Shown here: one piece after another, positions 15,301 to 27,300 of the stretch | Layout of the letters: each line of letters begins with the position of its first letter | Numbering within the stretch: the stretch's first letter is position 1 | From: Orbicella franksi | Lineage: Eukaryota | Direction: 5' to 3' | DNA: 64,000 nt | Assembly: GCA_964199315.1 (NCBI GenBank) | Contig: OZ116698.1 | Coordinates: 6,634,001-6,698,000, forward strand | Translations under genes and position numbers: made by a program | The notes under the pieces: generated by a model | Told to the model about the DNA's origin: nothing | Database searches by the model: none | The model's input: only the letters and a program-made list of their open reading frames with translations

Positions 15301-18300
15301 AGTAGATCTTGAATACCTTGGCAACTAGTTTCATTTCCACTCCAGCTCCCGTTCGGTTGGCATCCTCTCTCGGTAGCACCGTGTTGCGTAAATCCTTCAT
15401 CACATAAAAACTTTAAAACATTCGGAAACGTAGTTTTTTCACCAACAAGTGTACCATTCACTGGAACTGGAAGACTTCCACAATCAACCGCTAAGGAAAA
15501 CAGGTACAAATTTGTTACTTTATACAGTTTAGCTTATGGAATACAAATTTCAAATTAAAAATTGATATATGCAATCCATATTAGAAAGATATAAGAAGAG
15601 GTGAACTTTTCCACGGTCGACCAGATATAAAATAGACTATTAGACTACAGACCCTTACCATTGCAAATGGTATATATTCCACTCCATGTGCCGTTTGCTT
15701 GGCAGTTTCGAACACGCGAACCGCTCAAAATAAACCCAGTATCGCAGGAAAATCGTATGCTTTCGGGAAATACTGTAAGATCGCCATATGATGACCCATT
15801 CAAAGGAACACTTAGGCGTCCGCAATCAACAGCTACAAGAAAGTAATTAAATGGAAACAAAATGAAATTTAATGAGCAGAATCATCATCAAAATAGTATT
15901 GTATTCCGAGCATGAAATGGGACACCTAGTGGTTGTCATACCTTCGCAAGACGTTACGTTCCCGCTCCATGTTCCATCTGCTTGACATCTTCGTTTTTCT
16001 GGTCCTTTCATTATAAACCCTTCATCGCAACTAAAACTGACTTCGTTAGGAAACGTGGTTCGACCTCCGGACATTGAGCCATTCTTTGGAGTCAATAGTG
16101 GTCCGCAATCTTTAGCTAGGATAGCAAAAAAGACACTGTTGCGGTTTCTTTTCACGAATTGTCACTAACTTCCACTGGTGCATCAGATGCATCACTAAAG
16201 AAGCTTTACACTTCGCCATATATAACGTGCACAACGCTTAGTACTACTATATCCATTAGTATAAAGCATAAAATACATAAAAAATAATGTGTCTTCACAT
16301 ACCTTCACATGTTGTCTCCTGACCACTCCACGTCTTTTTTGCCATACAACTTCTGACGGTCGATCCTCTGAGTATGAACCCGTCATCACAGTCGAAACGC
16401 AGTTTGTTTGGAAAAGTTGTGTAATCTCCAAGTACAGAACCATTTCTTGGAGCTTGTACCTTTCCACAGTCAACAGCTAAAGGGAAAAGTTAAAATAACA
16501 GATATTGAAGACGTTCCATCAATTCAAACGGTAAGTTGATTGAGTTGAAAATCAGTTCATTTGAAACTAGTTAGCATTCGTACCCGCCTTAGCTAGTTCT
16601 GAAGACGTTTTTGCACATCTAGCCTTTGGAAGAGTAGTCAGCGAAAATTAACAAGTCTTTATGTTCAGGTAAAATTACCGAACACGATGTCAACATGACC
16701 CGAAAGCCGTCAAAGAGTTTTGACGCCAAACTCATGTTCTGTATCAATCCGTCCGTCTGACCGTCCAAACGCAAAGACACGGTAGAATATGTAAAGTGAA
16801 AAACACTTTCGAGAAAAATTACCAGACTACGAATAGTGATTTGACTGATGTGTTTTCGTAACAGAGCGATAGGTAACAACCAACAAATACAGTGAAGCTA
16901 TATTTTTACGATAACTGCAGAAATTCCCGCGCGTTCATTGGTTCAATGTCAATAAGCGGACAGACAAATGAATTTGTAATTTATGCGATGCGTCAACGAG
17001 CGAGAGCGGACAATTTGACAATTCGGTATCCTAGAAAACAAATTGACGTCAGTTTTTCATGCGTCTGTCCTGTTATTGACAATGAATTTCGTCATAACGT
17101 GGTCAAAGTAGTCTGCAGATGCACTCGGCTATCGCCTCGTGGATCCACAGCTACTTCGACAATGTTATGACGAAATTCATCCACAATAACAGGACAGACG
17201 CATGATAAAATGACGTCAATTTGTTAAATTGAACATAAGCATAACTTAATAGACCAATTTCGATATATTAAAGTTCACCCTAACACAATAGACCTGAGCA
17301 CGAGGCTCTGGGGAATACACCCCACAAACTCTGTAGTTATTCGCCAAAGCCTCGTACTGAGATCTATTGTTTTAGGTTGAATTTTAATATATCGAGATTG
17401 GTCTATTACCAAATAATTGCAAATATTGCTATCTTTGTCCTCCTCTGTTCCTACTTTGTTGCGTAAAATGTTGCACTTTATGTTCGGACGACGACGACGA
17501 TGATAATAATAGAAATTATGGCGGAAATGGTTATAATAATGATGATAACGAAGATGTTCATGTATGACACACCTTAGTCCAGTTCTGGCCCTCTCTCTGT
17601 CACGCAACTCCACGCTTTAAGGGAGCTCCCAATAGCGTAGAGTTACGTGACGCAGAGAAGGCTAAAACTGGACTAGACACACCTTTACAAGCAGTGTCAT
17701 TTCCACTCCAAGATCCGTTTGCCAGGCAAACTCTTACAGATGATCCTTTGAGAACGAATCCTTCATCGCATTGGAAATATACCTTGTTTGGATATGTGGT
17801 GAGTTCCCCGTAAGAGGTAACATTCATTGGCATCACTAGAGGACCACATTGAACAGCTGGGAAAATAGGGAAAAAAGCGGTGTTAATGTTTCAAACCAGA
17901 AGCCTCCATTAAAATACCACTTGAATCATGCACTAGTCAAGTGTCGAGTAAGACATTTAACTTGACTAGTAAATGCCATTTATATATATCAAAAAAATAC
18001 CCTTTGTACTATAACAATTTTGCTAAGAAAAAACTGTTTGACCATCTACCACTTACAATGGCTCACGTTAGCTGTTTGGTCTATCACTCTTCTTACAGTG
18101 TAAGAAGCTGTGACATATGGCTAGCTCCGCGAGGGGGCAAGATGAACCAAACACTGCTCTTGATTGGCTATCCGAACAGGCAAGATGGAGCTAAATGTAT
18201 CTTGCGCGCTCGGGATTGCCCTCTGTATCCCGCAAGAAAACAACGTCCTTCAGGTGTCTTAGGTCTATTTTTTTACGAGTTTATGGAACAACAAACAACT

Positions 18301-21300
18301 TGGCCAACATCTAACCATCTTTTAGCCTTTCTCTTACCCTTTTTTAAATAAGATTATCTATCCAGTAGACCTTTTTGACACTGTTATTAAATGACGCTTC
18401 CAATAGAATGAATGTCGGTTCGATTTCCTCACTCCAGCCCCTCCAAAATAAATATACTTCTACTTTGCATACCAGACGATATTTTTGTGCAACCAGTCTA
18501 TTTCTATTCATATGAATTTCATTATGACAACACTGGGAATCTTGTAAGGTAGTATTTACTTGTAACACGAAAGTACGCATTCAACATATGAATTACCTTT
18601 ACAGGATGTTTCGTTGCCACTCCATCTACCATTTGACTGACATTTTCTTGTTCGTGAGCCAATCATAACGAAGCCAATATCACAGGTAAACGATATGCTA
18701 TTTGGAAAGGTTGTTTCGCGACCGTTGGAAGAACCATTCATTGGAACTGACAGGGGGCCGCAGTCTTTAGCTAAAATACAAGCATGTACAAATTCCAGAA
18801 TGTCAATGTCAAATGTCAGAATGTGTTGATCTCTCTTATTTAGATTTATTTACCAAAATAAATCATACAAATTGACTCATAAACGCTCGGGGTCGAGTGC
18901 TTATTTTACGTTTTAGGCTTCACTTTGGGTTGCTTGAACTAATACTCGACATGCAGGAAATTTTTTTTTTACATCAATGAACTAGTAACTATCTTCATTT
19001 TCAAGGAAGCAGTATGTTATTTCTATGAGATCCTGTCTCAGTGGGAAACAACTATATTCGATGCGTTTTACGTTCCCTTCTCACCCCTTCGGTAGTGGCC
19101 ACCGCCCTTTCACGAGATTATTATTACTTCCGTTACGTTGCCTTGCAGTACACACCTCAGAAATCCTAAATCTCGCCCTTTCTGTTCTTGGCTCGCGTTG
19201 ATGCCCCTTGTGTGCCCTACAGCCATATTCTAATGGTGTTCACAACTCTACTGATAAGCCATGGTAGATTTCTATTTACACACCCAGAGTAAAGAAAATG
19301 ACGATGAAAGGAAACAAAGAATAGGAGGAAATTTACAGAAATAAAAATCATAGCTACGAGGTCTGCAAAATTCCAAAAAAAATTACCAATGCAGGAAGTT
19401 TGATTTCCACTCCAGATTCCAGTCGATTGGCAATATCTGACCCTAGAGCCGGCCAAGTTAAACCCATCATCGCAGCTAAATGTTATTTTATTGGGATAAG
19501 TGGTCTTGTGTCCAGTGGCAGAACTATTCATTGGAACAGCGAGGATACCACAGTCTTTAGCTACAGCGATATCAGAACAGATGACAATGAGATGAGTACG
19601 TGTATTCAACAATTTTCCAATGGCGTTGAATGCTTTTTAATCTTGAAAATGAGAAAACGCGAGTCTGAACGCTTGTTTAGCCTAAATTAGAATTATCCTT
19701 ATTTTATACAAGCTCAGAGCATGGTTTGGTTTTATATCGAGACCTGTTTTACGCTGTTGGATTGATATTACGTACGAGGAAGCAAGCATAAACATTAAGT
19801 CCTGTTAGGCTCTCTGGACGTATATGGGGCAGTAGCCATCTCTCTTTCTTTTTCTTTTTAGGCAAGCAAAGCTGCTCCTTATTATTTACTATCTTTTAGA
19901 TGCACAAATTGTACTTTAGCAAGGTGCTAAGTCATTATTAATATAGAACATTTTTTTTCCTGGTATCAAATCACCACAATGCCTAACTGACTCAGATGGT
20001 GTGTGGCTATGGACCAGTTGCTCTGAATTTCATACCTTCACACGAAGCCGGAGTTCCGCTCCAAGCTCCTTCCGAGGTGCACCTCCGTAAACTTGATCCC
20101 TTGAGAATAAAGCCTTCATCACAATCGAAAGACAGTTCATGGGGATACACCGTCAGATTGCCAAATATTGATCCGTTTGATGGTGCTTCAATAGGTCCAC
20201 AGTCTCTGGCTACAACAAAGAGATGGAAAAATTATTTCCAGACACCCAAAACAAACAATTCTTTGGTACAGAAAATCAGACTAGGGGGTCGAAAGTGAGC
20301 AGAAGATCCATAATTCAAACGATTCAAGAAAGGTGCGGCTGAAGTAATTTGCAATAAAGCTGCGACACTGTTTCACGTGTCTTTAAAGGCAAAGCAAGAA
20401 GCCGAACTTGTCCCATAATCTGCTACTTGGGCAACAACAAAAATCTCATCTAACCTTGACAATAGGTCTCGCTGCCGCTCCACGTTGCATTAGCTTGACA
20501 ATGTCTAACACGTGATCCTTTCAGTAGAAAGCCTTTTTCACAAGTAAACGTCAATGAGTTTGGAAACGTAGTCCGGTTGGGTCCGACTGAGGATCCATTC
20601 AAAGGAATCTTGACAATGCCGCAGTCTTTGGCTAAAGAATCAAAGTAGCAAAAAATGAGCAGTGTGAAATTACGACAATGAAGAAAAGATCAAACCCATT
20701 AGACAGGGTTTCCTCTCCCAAAGAGATTCTGTACCTTGACAAGACGTCTCCACGCCACTCCACTCTCCATCAGATTTACACTGTCGCACATTTGAACCTC
20801 TCAAATCGAACCCATCGTCACATGTAAACATGACCTTGCTTGGATACGTTGTTTGTTCACCACGTTTCGTGCCATTTAAAGGTACACTGATGGGTCCACA
20901 GTCTTCGGCTGATAGAAACAAAACGTAACTCTTCCGAGTTTTCATAGTTTTCCTAGCATATTACACCGCAGCCTAAGTTAGTTCCCTGCTGTTACCTAGA
21001 GGGATAGTGCTTCCTTTTCACGTAAACTGGTGCCGTAAATACTGCTATAATAATTCTTAATTATGGCAGGCGGAGCCGGCCTATTGTAATTATTAACGTG
21101 TTGGAGGCCAATTCTAGGGGTCCGTTGTTCGAGTCTTAGCTATTAGGTAAGTAAGTAAGCAAGTAAGACTCGTGACCCTCTCCTGGTAGTGCCTTCTACG
21201 CAAAGCATTCCCCACTCTCCTCTCAGCTGCATAAGTGAACGGAGAACTGTTGGTGTAATATGCGAAATACACCCAAGGCGTAACACTAGAGACAGAGCAA

Positions 21301-24300
21301 AGAAGGTCCACCCATCCACTTCTAGTCGCTTTATGCTACGGAAACCGAACATCAAGTCATGAGTGTTTTGCTTTCAACTTATCCTTAGAGACATGTTACC
21401 TTTACATCGCGTCTGCTGACCGCTCCATGTTCCATTGGTCAAACAGCTTCTCACTGTCGACCCGGATATGACAAATCCGTCGTCACAACTTAACTCTATA
21501 GAATTTGGATACGTCGTGTCCTCTCCAAATTTGGTCCCATTCTGCGGCGTGGGGACATAGCCACAGTCCACGACTAAAAAGAAAAAAAAAAGGTTTAAAT
21601 GATTTAAAAATGAGACTGTTAGAAATTATATCACTGAGATGCCCAGTTCCTCCTCATATTCAAGAAAAATTGATTTGAAGTATCATTCAATAAATTCTTA
21701 AATGCTTAAAGGTATAAAAGTCAAAAAGGAATCATACAGGAAACTAAGATACCAGCAACAACAACGACAATGAATGGTAGCAGTAAGAGAAATCAAGGTA
21801 GGGATTGCAAATTTTCACATCAGTGAAAGGGATAGGAATTACCTGTGCAAGAAGTTTGATTTCCACTCCAAATCCCGGTCGACAGACATTTTCTTATTCT
21901 GGAGCCGGCCATGTTAAACCCATCATCACAGCGAAATGCTATTTCATTAGGAAACGTCGTGTCCAATCCAATGACGGAGCCATTCAACGGGACAGCAAGT
22001 GAACCACAGTCTTTGGCTAAAGCGAGATAAGAGAGATCAATGTTCTTTTGAGTATGGTACGTTAAATCGACTGGATTATTCAACACCATTTACTATCTAC
22101 CATTTGCTGTAAAGATAAATTTCTGTTGTAAAGATAAATTAATAAAAGTAACAAGCATAAAAAAAATTAAAGTGTTTTTTTGTTTTCTTTTATACTTATC
22201 AAACTGGTTTATAATGATATGATGCTTTCAAAAGACTCAACAAGCGCAATGTCATCAAAACCACAACACGTTTTTCATGTCTGTTACCCTCTATAACCTA
22301 AAAATTATTTCAAAGTTGAAAGAAACTGTTTCTGCACCTTCACAAAAAGCTGGAGTTCCGTTCCAGGTCCCTTCCGACGTACAACGTCTTACTTTCGATC
22401 CCCTGAGGATGAACCCCCCGTCACATCCAAAGGACACGTCATGCGGATATGTCGTTAGATCACCAAGCATCGATCCATTGGCTGGAGCATGTAACGGCCC
22501 ACAGTCCTTAGCTAAAGAGTGAATATGAATCGTTATTTCGATGGTTGCGCCCGTAAATAATTATACATCAAATTATAATGACGGTTAAAAAGGCGCGTTG
22601 GCCTCATGGATAGTGGATCCCAGGTTCGCAGCCCTGGCCGGGGACATTATAGTGTGTTCCCGAGCAAGACATTTTACTATCACAGTACCTCTCTCCATCC
22701 TGGTTTATAATTGGGTGTCAGCGACTTAGATGCCGGGGGTAACCCTGCGATGGACTAGCATCTCATCCAAAATTCTCACTTGAACCATAAACCCACACTT
22801 GCGTACCACGTACCTTGACAGACGGTTTCATTGCCACTCCAAACTGCATTAGCTTCACAATGTCGCACCCGTGATCCCTTCAGTATAAACCCTGGGTCGC
22901 ATGCAAATGTTAATGAATTCGGAAAAGTAGTCAGGTACAGTCCAACCAAAGATCCATTGACAGGCACTTGGAGAAAGCCGCAGTCTTTTGCTATTGGAAA
23001 AAGAATACATGACTCGAAACAGTTTTTGAGAACCAAAATATCACACCAAACCTTCTCTTCCTTTTAAAGCGTTTCATTACCTTCACAAAAGGTTTCTACT
23101 CCACTCCACTTTCCATCCGATTTACATTCTCTTACATCTGAACCTTTTAAATCAAACCCATCGTCGCACGTAAACGTCACAATGTTGGAATAAGTGGTAC
23201 GGCTTCCATGTTTCGTGCCATTCAAAGGTGTCTCAATGGACCCACAGTCTTTGGCTAATTTAAAAATAATATAAAAAATTAGAATAAGTAGAATATAATT
23301 GGCCTGTTAAAATTATGGTCTGTGTTTGGTGAATGGTCAATATAATTCTGATTTCACTGTTACAAGGAAAATAGCTAACAAATTAAAGTATGAAAGATGA
23401 AATGAAAGATGGTAAATTTGCAGCTCGGTGAATAAGTGATAAAGAAAGAAATGTTGCCAATAACCAATGACCTTCCGATACTGGCTGGGCACTCTAACCA
23501 CGAGCTAGAGAGACTAAGCTCATATGTGACACGCGTCCTGCTAACTGCTAGAATCAGCAAATATGTGTGATAAATGAAAGATGGTAAATCTGCAGCTCGA
23601 TGAATAAATGATAAAGAAGAAATGTTGCCACCAGCATGGGACAAAGAAAAAAGTCTGAGTCCCCGACAGGATTCGAACTCGTGCATAACCTCCCAGATAT
23701 CGGTCGGGCCCTCTAACCACTGAGAACCTTGTAAAATGGCTTAGCTCGCCAAGAGTCTCTCTGCAGCCCAGTGTTTAGAGTGCCCAACCGGTATCTGAAA
23801 GATTATGGGTTCGAATCCTGTCGGGGACTCAGATGTTTTCTTTGTCCCATGCTTGTGGCAAGATTTCCTCTTTACTAAAGTAACACTAAATCCATTTGAA
23901 ATCGTAGTTGCTTTCTACTCTTTCTAATGTGTCATGAGGGTCAATAAGTAAATTAAGAAAGGAGAAGACGGTAAAACGCGAAAATGAGAAACAACGATAT
24001 TTTATGGACACAAAACTATACATTACCTGAACAAGAGGTTTCATTACCGCTCCATATTCCATCTGAGAGACATTTTCTGATCCTGGAGCCAAATATGTTA
24101 AATCCATCATCGCAGTGAAAAGTTATTTCGTTGGGATAAGTTGTCTTTTGTCCAGTGGCAGAACCATTAGTGGGAATAGCAAGTTGACCACAATCTTTAG
24201 CTATGGGTAAACGAGAACATGTCTAAATGTGAAGGGTGTTGGTCGAGATTTGAACTTGTCGTTAACTTATACCTAATCGTACCTTGTTGGTACGCTTCGG

Positions 24301-27300
24301 AGGCATATCAGGAGAGTTTGGTCGTGCCATGGTCCAAAATACCCATGGCGAGACCAAATCAGCCTGATATGCTGCCGATTTTACCAAAAAGGATCGATTA
24401 GGTATTTACCGTGGCCAAATTCAGTCAGGTGAGCTTGATATCGTAGCCATGTCAGGTCAGGGACTTGGTATCACAGGATACCTGGACAGTTGACAAGGCG
24501 TCTGATTGGCTAATTGCGAATTTGGGTACGGTAATGTAAAAAATCTCTGATTGCAGCATGGGGTTTCGCGCGTGTTTATCGTTGGGCGTTGGTTCGCAAT
24601 TTATATTTGAAATTCCCCCAAAAATATACATATTTCTATTTCCATTTCGAGGAGAAGATAACCTTCGTCGTTAATTTTCGCAAATTTCCCAACCTTTCCA
24701 AAACAATGTCACTACTACCTAACAATTTACAACACAAAACGGCAATGTGAATATAAGAAATTTGATTTTCACCTCTGCAGGACGTTTCTTCTCCACTCCA
24801 CCGTTTATTAGCCTGGCAGACTCGAGAAGAAGATCCCATCAAATCATGGCCATCGTCGCAGTAAAATATCACTTCATTTAAGAGAGTTGTCTTATCGCCA
24901 GTTTTGGTACCATTGTTTGGCGCCTGTAGTGGTCCACAATCAACGGCTTGGAGAAAAAAAAAAAGGATTATAAATCTATTTATACGAAATGAAGACTTCC
25001 CAGAACATGAAAGACGTTTCAAAGGAGTCCCAGTTGCTTGTCTATAGTTTTTGTGAACAAATTTGACTTTCTCAGTTTAGATTACGGCAGTAACAATGAA
25101 ACCGCTTGAAACTCAAGTAAAATATGCATAAAGAAAAGAAAACACAGCGGAGCAATTCTTTGAGAGCATTTCAGGCCCCGTCCACGCTACATCGGAGGAA
25201 ATTGAAAACGGAAATTTTGCTCTGAAAACTCATCAAATGTTTCCCGTCCACACTACGGAATTCAAAAACGCAACAATCTCAGGTCATTTTGGATTTGTGT
25301 TTGAGTAAAACTCGGTCAGAGAAAGCACATGCTTATCGTGACGCCATCGATTTCGAAAAGCTCCGCTTTCAAAATGTTTTCTGCCTTAGACTTTGAATGA
25401 GATCATAATGAGCGTAACCAACGCATTCCAAGTGAGAGAACTTAACTTTATGCTGAAAAGAAAGTGCAACTCAAAGTAGCTTTTGGGTTGAAAACTTTAG
25501 AAGGTATCTTGGTACTTACGTTTACAGCTGGTCTTATTTCCACTCCAGGTTCCGTCAGCTTGACATCTTCTTACAACAGCGCCTTGAATTTCGTATCCAG
25601 TATCGCAAGTGAACTTTATTGGATGCGGGTATCTTGTCGAGACTCCTGACACGGAACCATGATCTGGCAATGCTGGCTTGCCGCAGTTGATGGCTTGAAA
25701 AGGAGAGAACAAGCTTCAAAAGCAAGAGAATTCAACTCCAAAACATTGTCAACAAAGCATAACAGCACGAATGGTGGTTTACTGCAGGCACTATGGACAA
25801 TATCCAATAATATTCCGTGTTTGAGTGCCTACTAAGTGTCAGTAAGCAGTCAGTCGAGCAAATTGAAATTCAGCAATGGAAGGTCGGCTGATTTTAATTC
25901 GTTTTAATGGCGAAGGTAAATTTGCGGCACATAGCAGTTTACAGGATCTAAAATACGAACGATGATAGGCGAAAATGATGAATGATAGACGAACTCATTA
26001 TCAGTACCTTTACGCTTAGAGAGCAATTTACATTTTCATCAATTATTAGGGACATCCTGTCACAGATTCCTGTCATTGGTACGACTTGAAAAGGAACGAA
26101 CACAATATCATACGGGTGTGTAATTAAATAGATTGAAATTTTCGAACGATAGAAGATAGATGAAAAGACGGAAGAATGATACGACGGATGAACGAAAAGA
26201 CGGACAGACGGACAGATAGACGGACGGACGGACGGACGAACGAACGAACGAACGAACGGTCTGACGGACGGACGAGTATAACTGCGAAGTTTAATAAAAC
26301 CTCGTAGTTTAATAATTACACAGTAAAATAGCATTTGACGTTACTTTTCGGCATTTAAAACAATTCCCATATCATTAGTTAGTGGAAAGCACTGTTACAC
26401 TTATAACGTTTTACTACCTTCACACAGTGTGGTGTCTCCACTCCAATTTCTGTCCGCTTGGCATTTCCTGCGGCGTGATCCACGTAAAATAAAACCTTCA
26501 TCACAGATAATCTCCACTTCGCTCAGGAAGGTGGTTTCTTTACCCAATAACGTGCCGTTCATTGGAGCAGCAAGCTTCCCACAGTCAACGGCTTCACAAG
26601 AAAATGTCAACAAAAAAGTTTCAGAGCTGTTTCCAGCAATGAGTATATTATTTCTTACGTAGTTGTGAAACACGTTACAGTACCCAGTAATCAACCCGGA
26701 ACCTAGAAAAGACTATAACAATATCTGAACCTATCACTGTAAAAATACGTTTCCACCACACTTTAGCGCAAGGAAAGGCGCTCAGAGCAAAATGGCCCAC
26801 TCGAACACAGCTTATATTTCTGTAATCTGAAGTAACTTAAGTGTCACTGAAGTACCTCTCGGGTGTAGGTTACACACCCATCCAGTTGTCAGGTTGCGCT
26901 TTAACCGAAAAACAATTTAACTCCCTGGGTTCAGAAAGACACCATGAGAAGAAAGTGTGTTTGCCCAAGAACACAACTGATGATGCTGGTCAGCGATCTA
27001 ATTCGATCTCGATCCAATTATTATTAATTTTTACTATTAATAGCTAGCGCGTCTCCCAAAAAGGGGAAAATGTAGCTTGGGTTGATAAGTAGACTAGAAT
27101 GGAGTGAGGCCTGAGTGAGGGTAGGGGGTCAAATAGTCTGTGAACCGGCTCTCTAGTCGAGGATGGGGCGCAGAGAAAGCAGGAAGAAAGTGGAGAGAAG
27201 CTATTTCCTTCTCGGCTCTTCCAGCCGCGGTCAGACACTTTCCAGTTTTCGAACCCTGCCCGCGTTATTTTAATGTGTTTTTGAGCAAAACAACATCTGG

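Noticed and set aside
23641-23830. Functional tRNA genes
   Set aside because: B-boxes are present, but the D and anticodon arms are degenerate and the copies sit in a repeat-like inverted dimer; treated as SINE-like.
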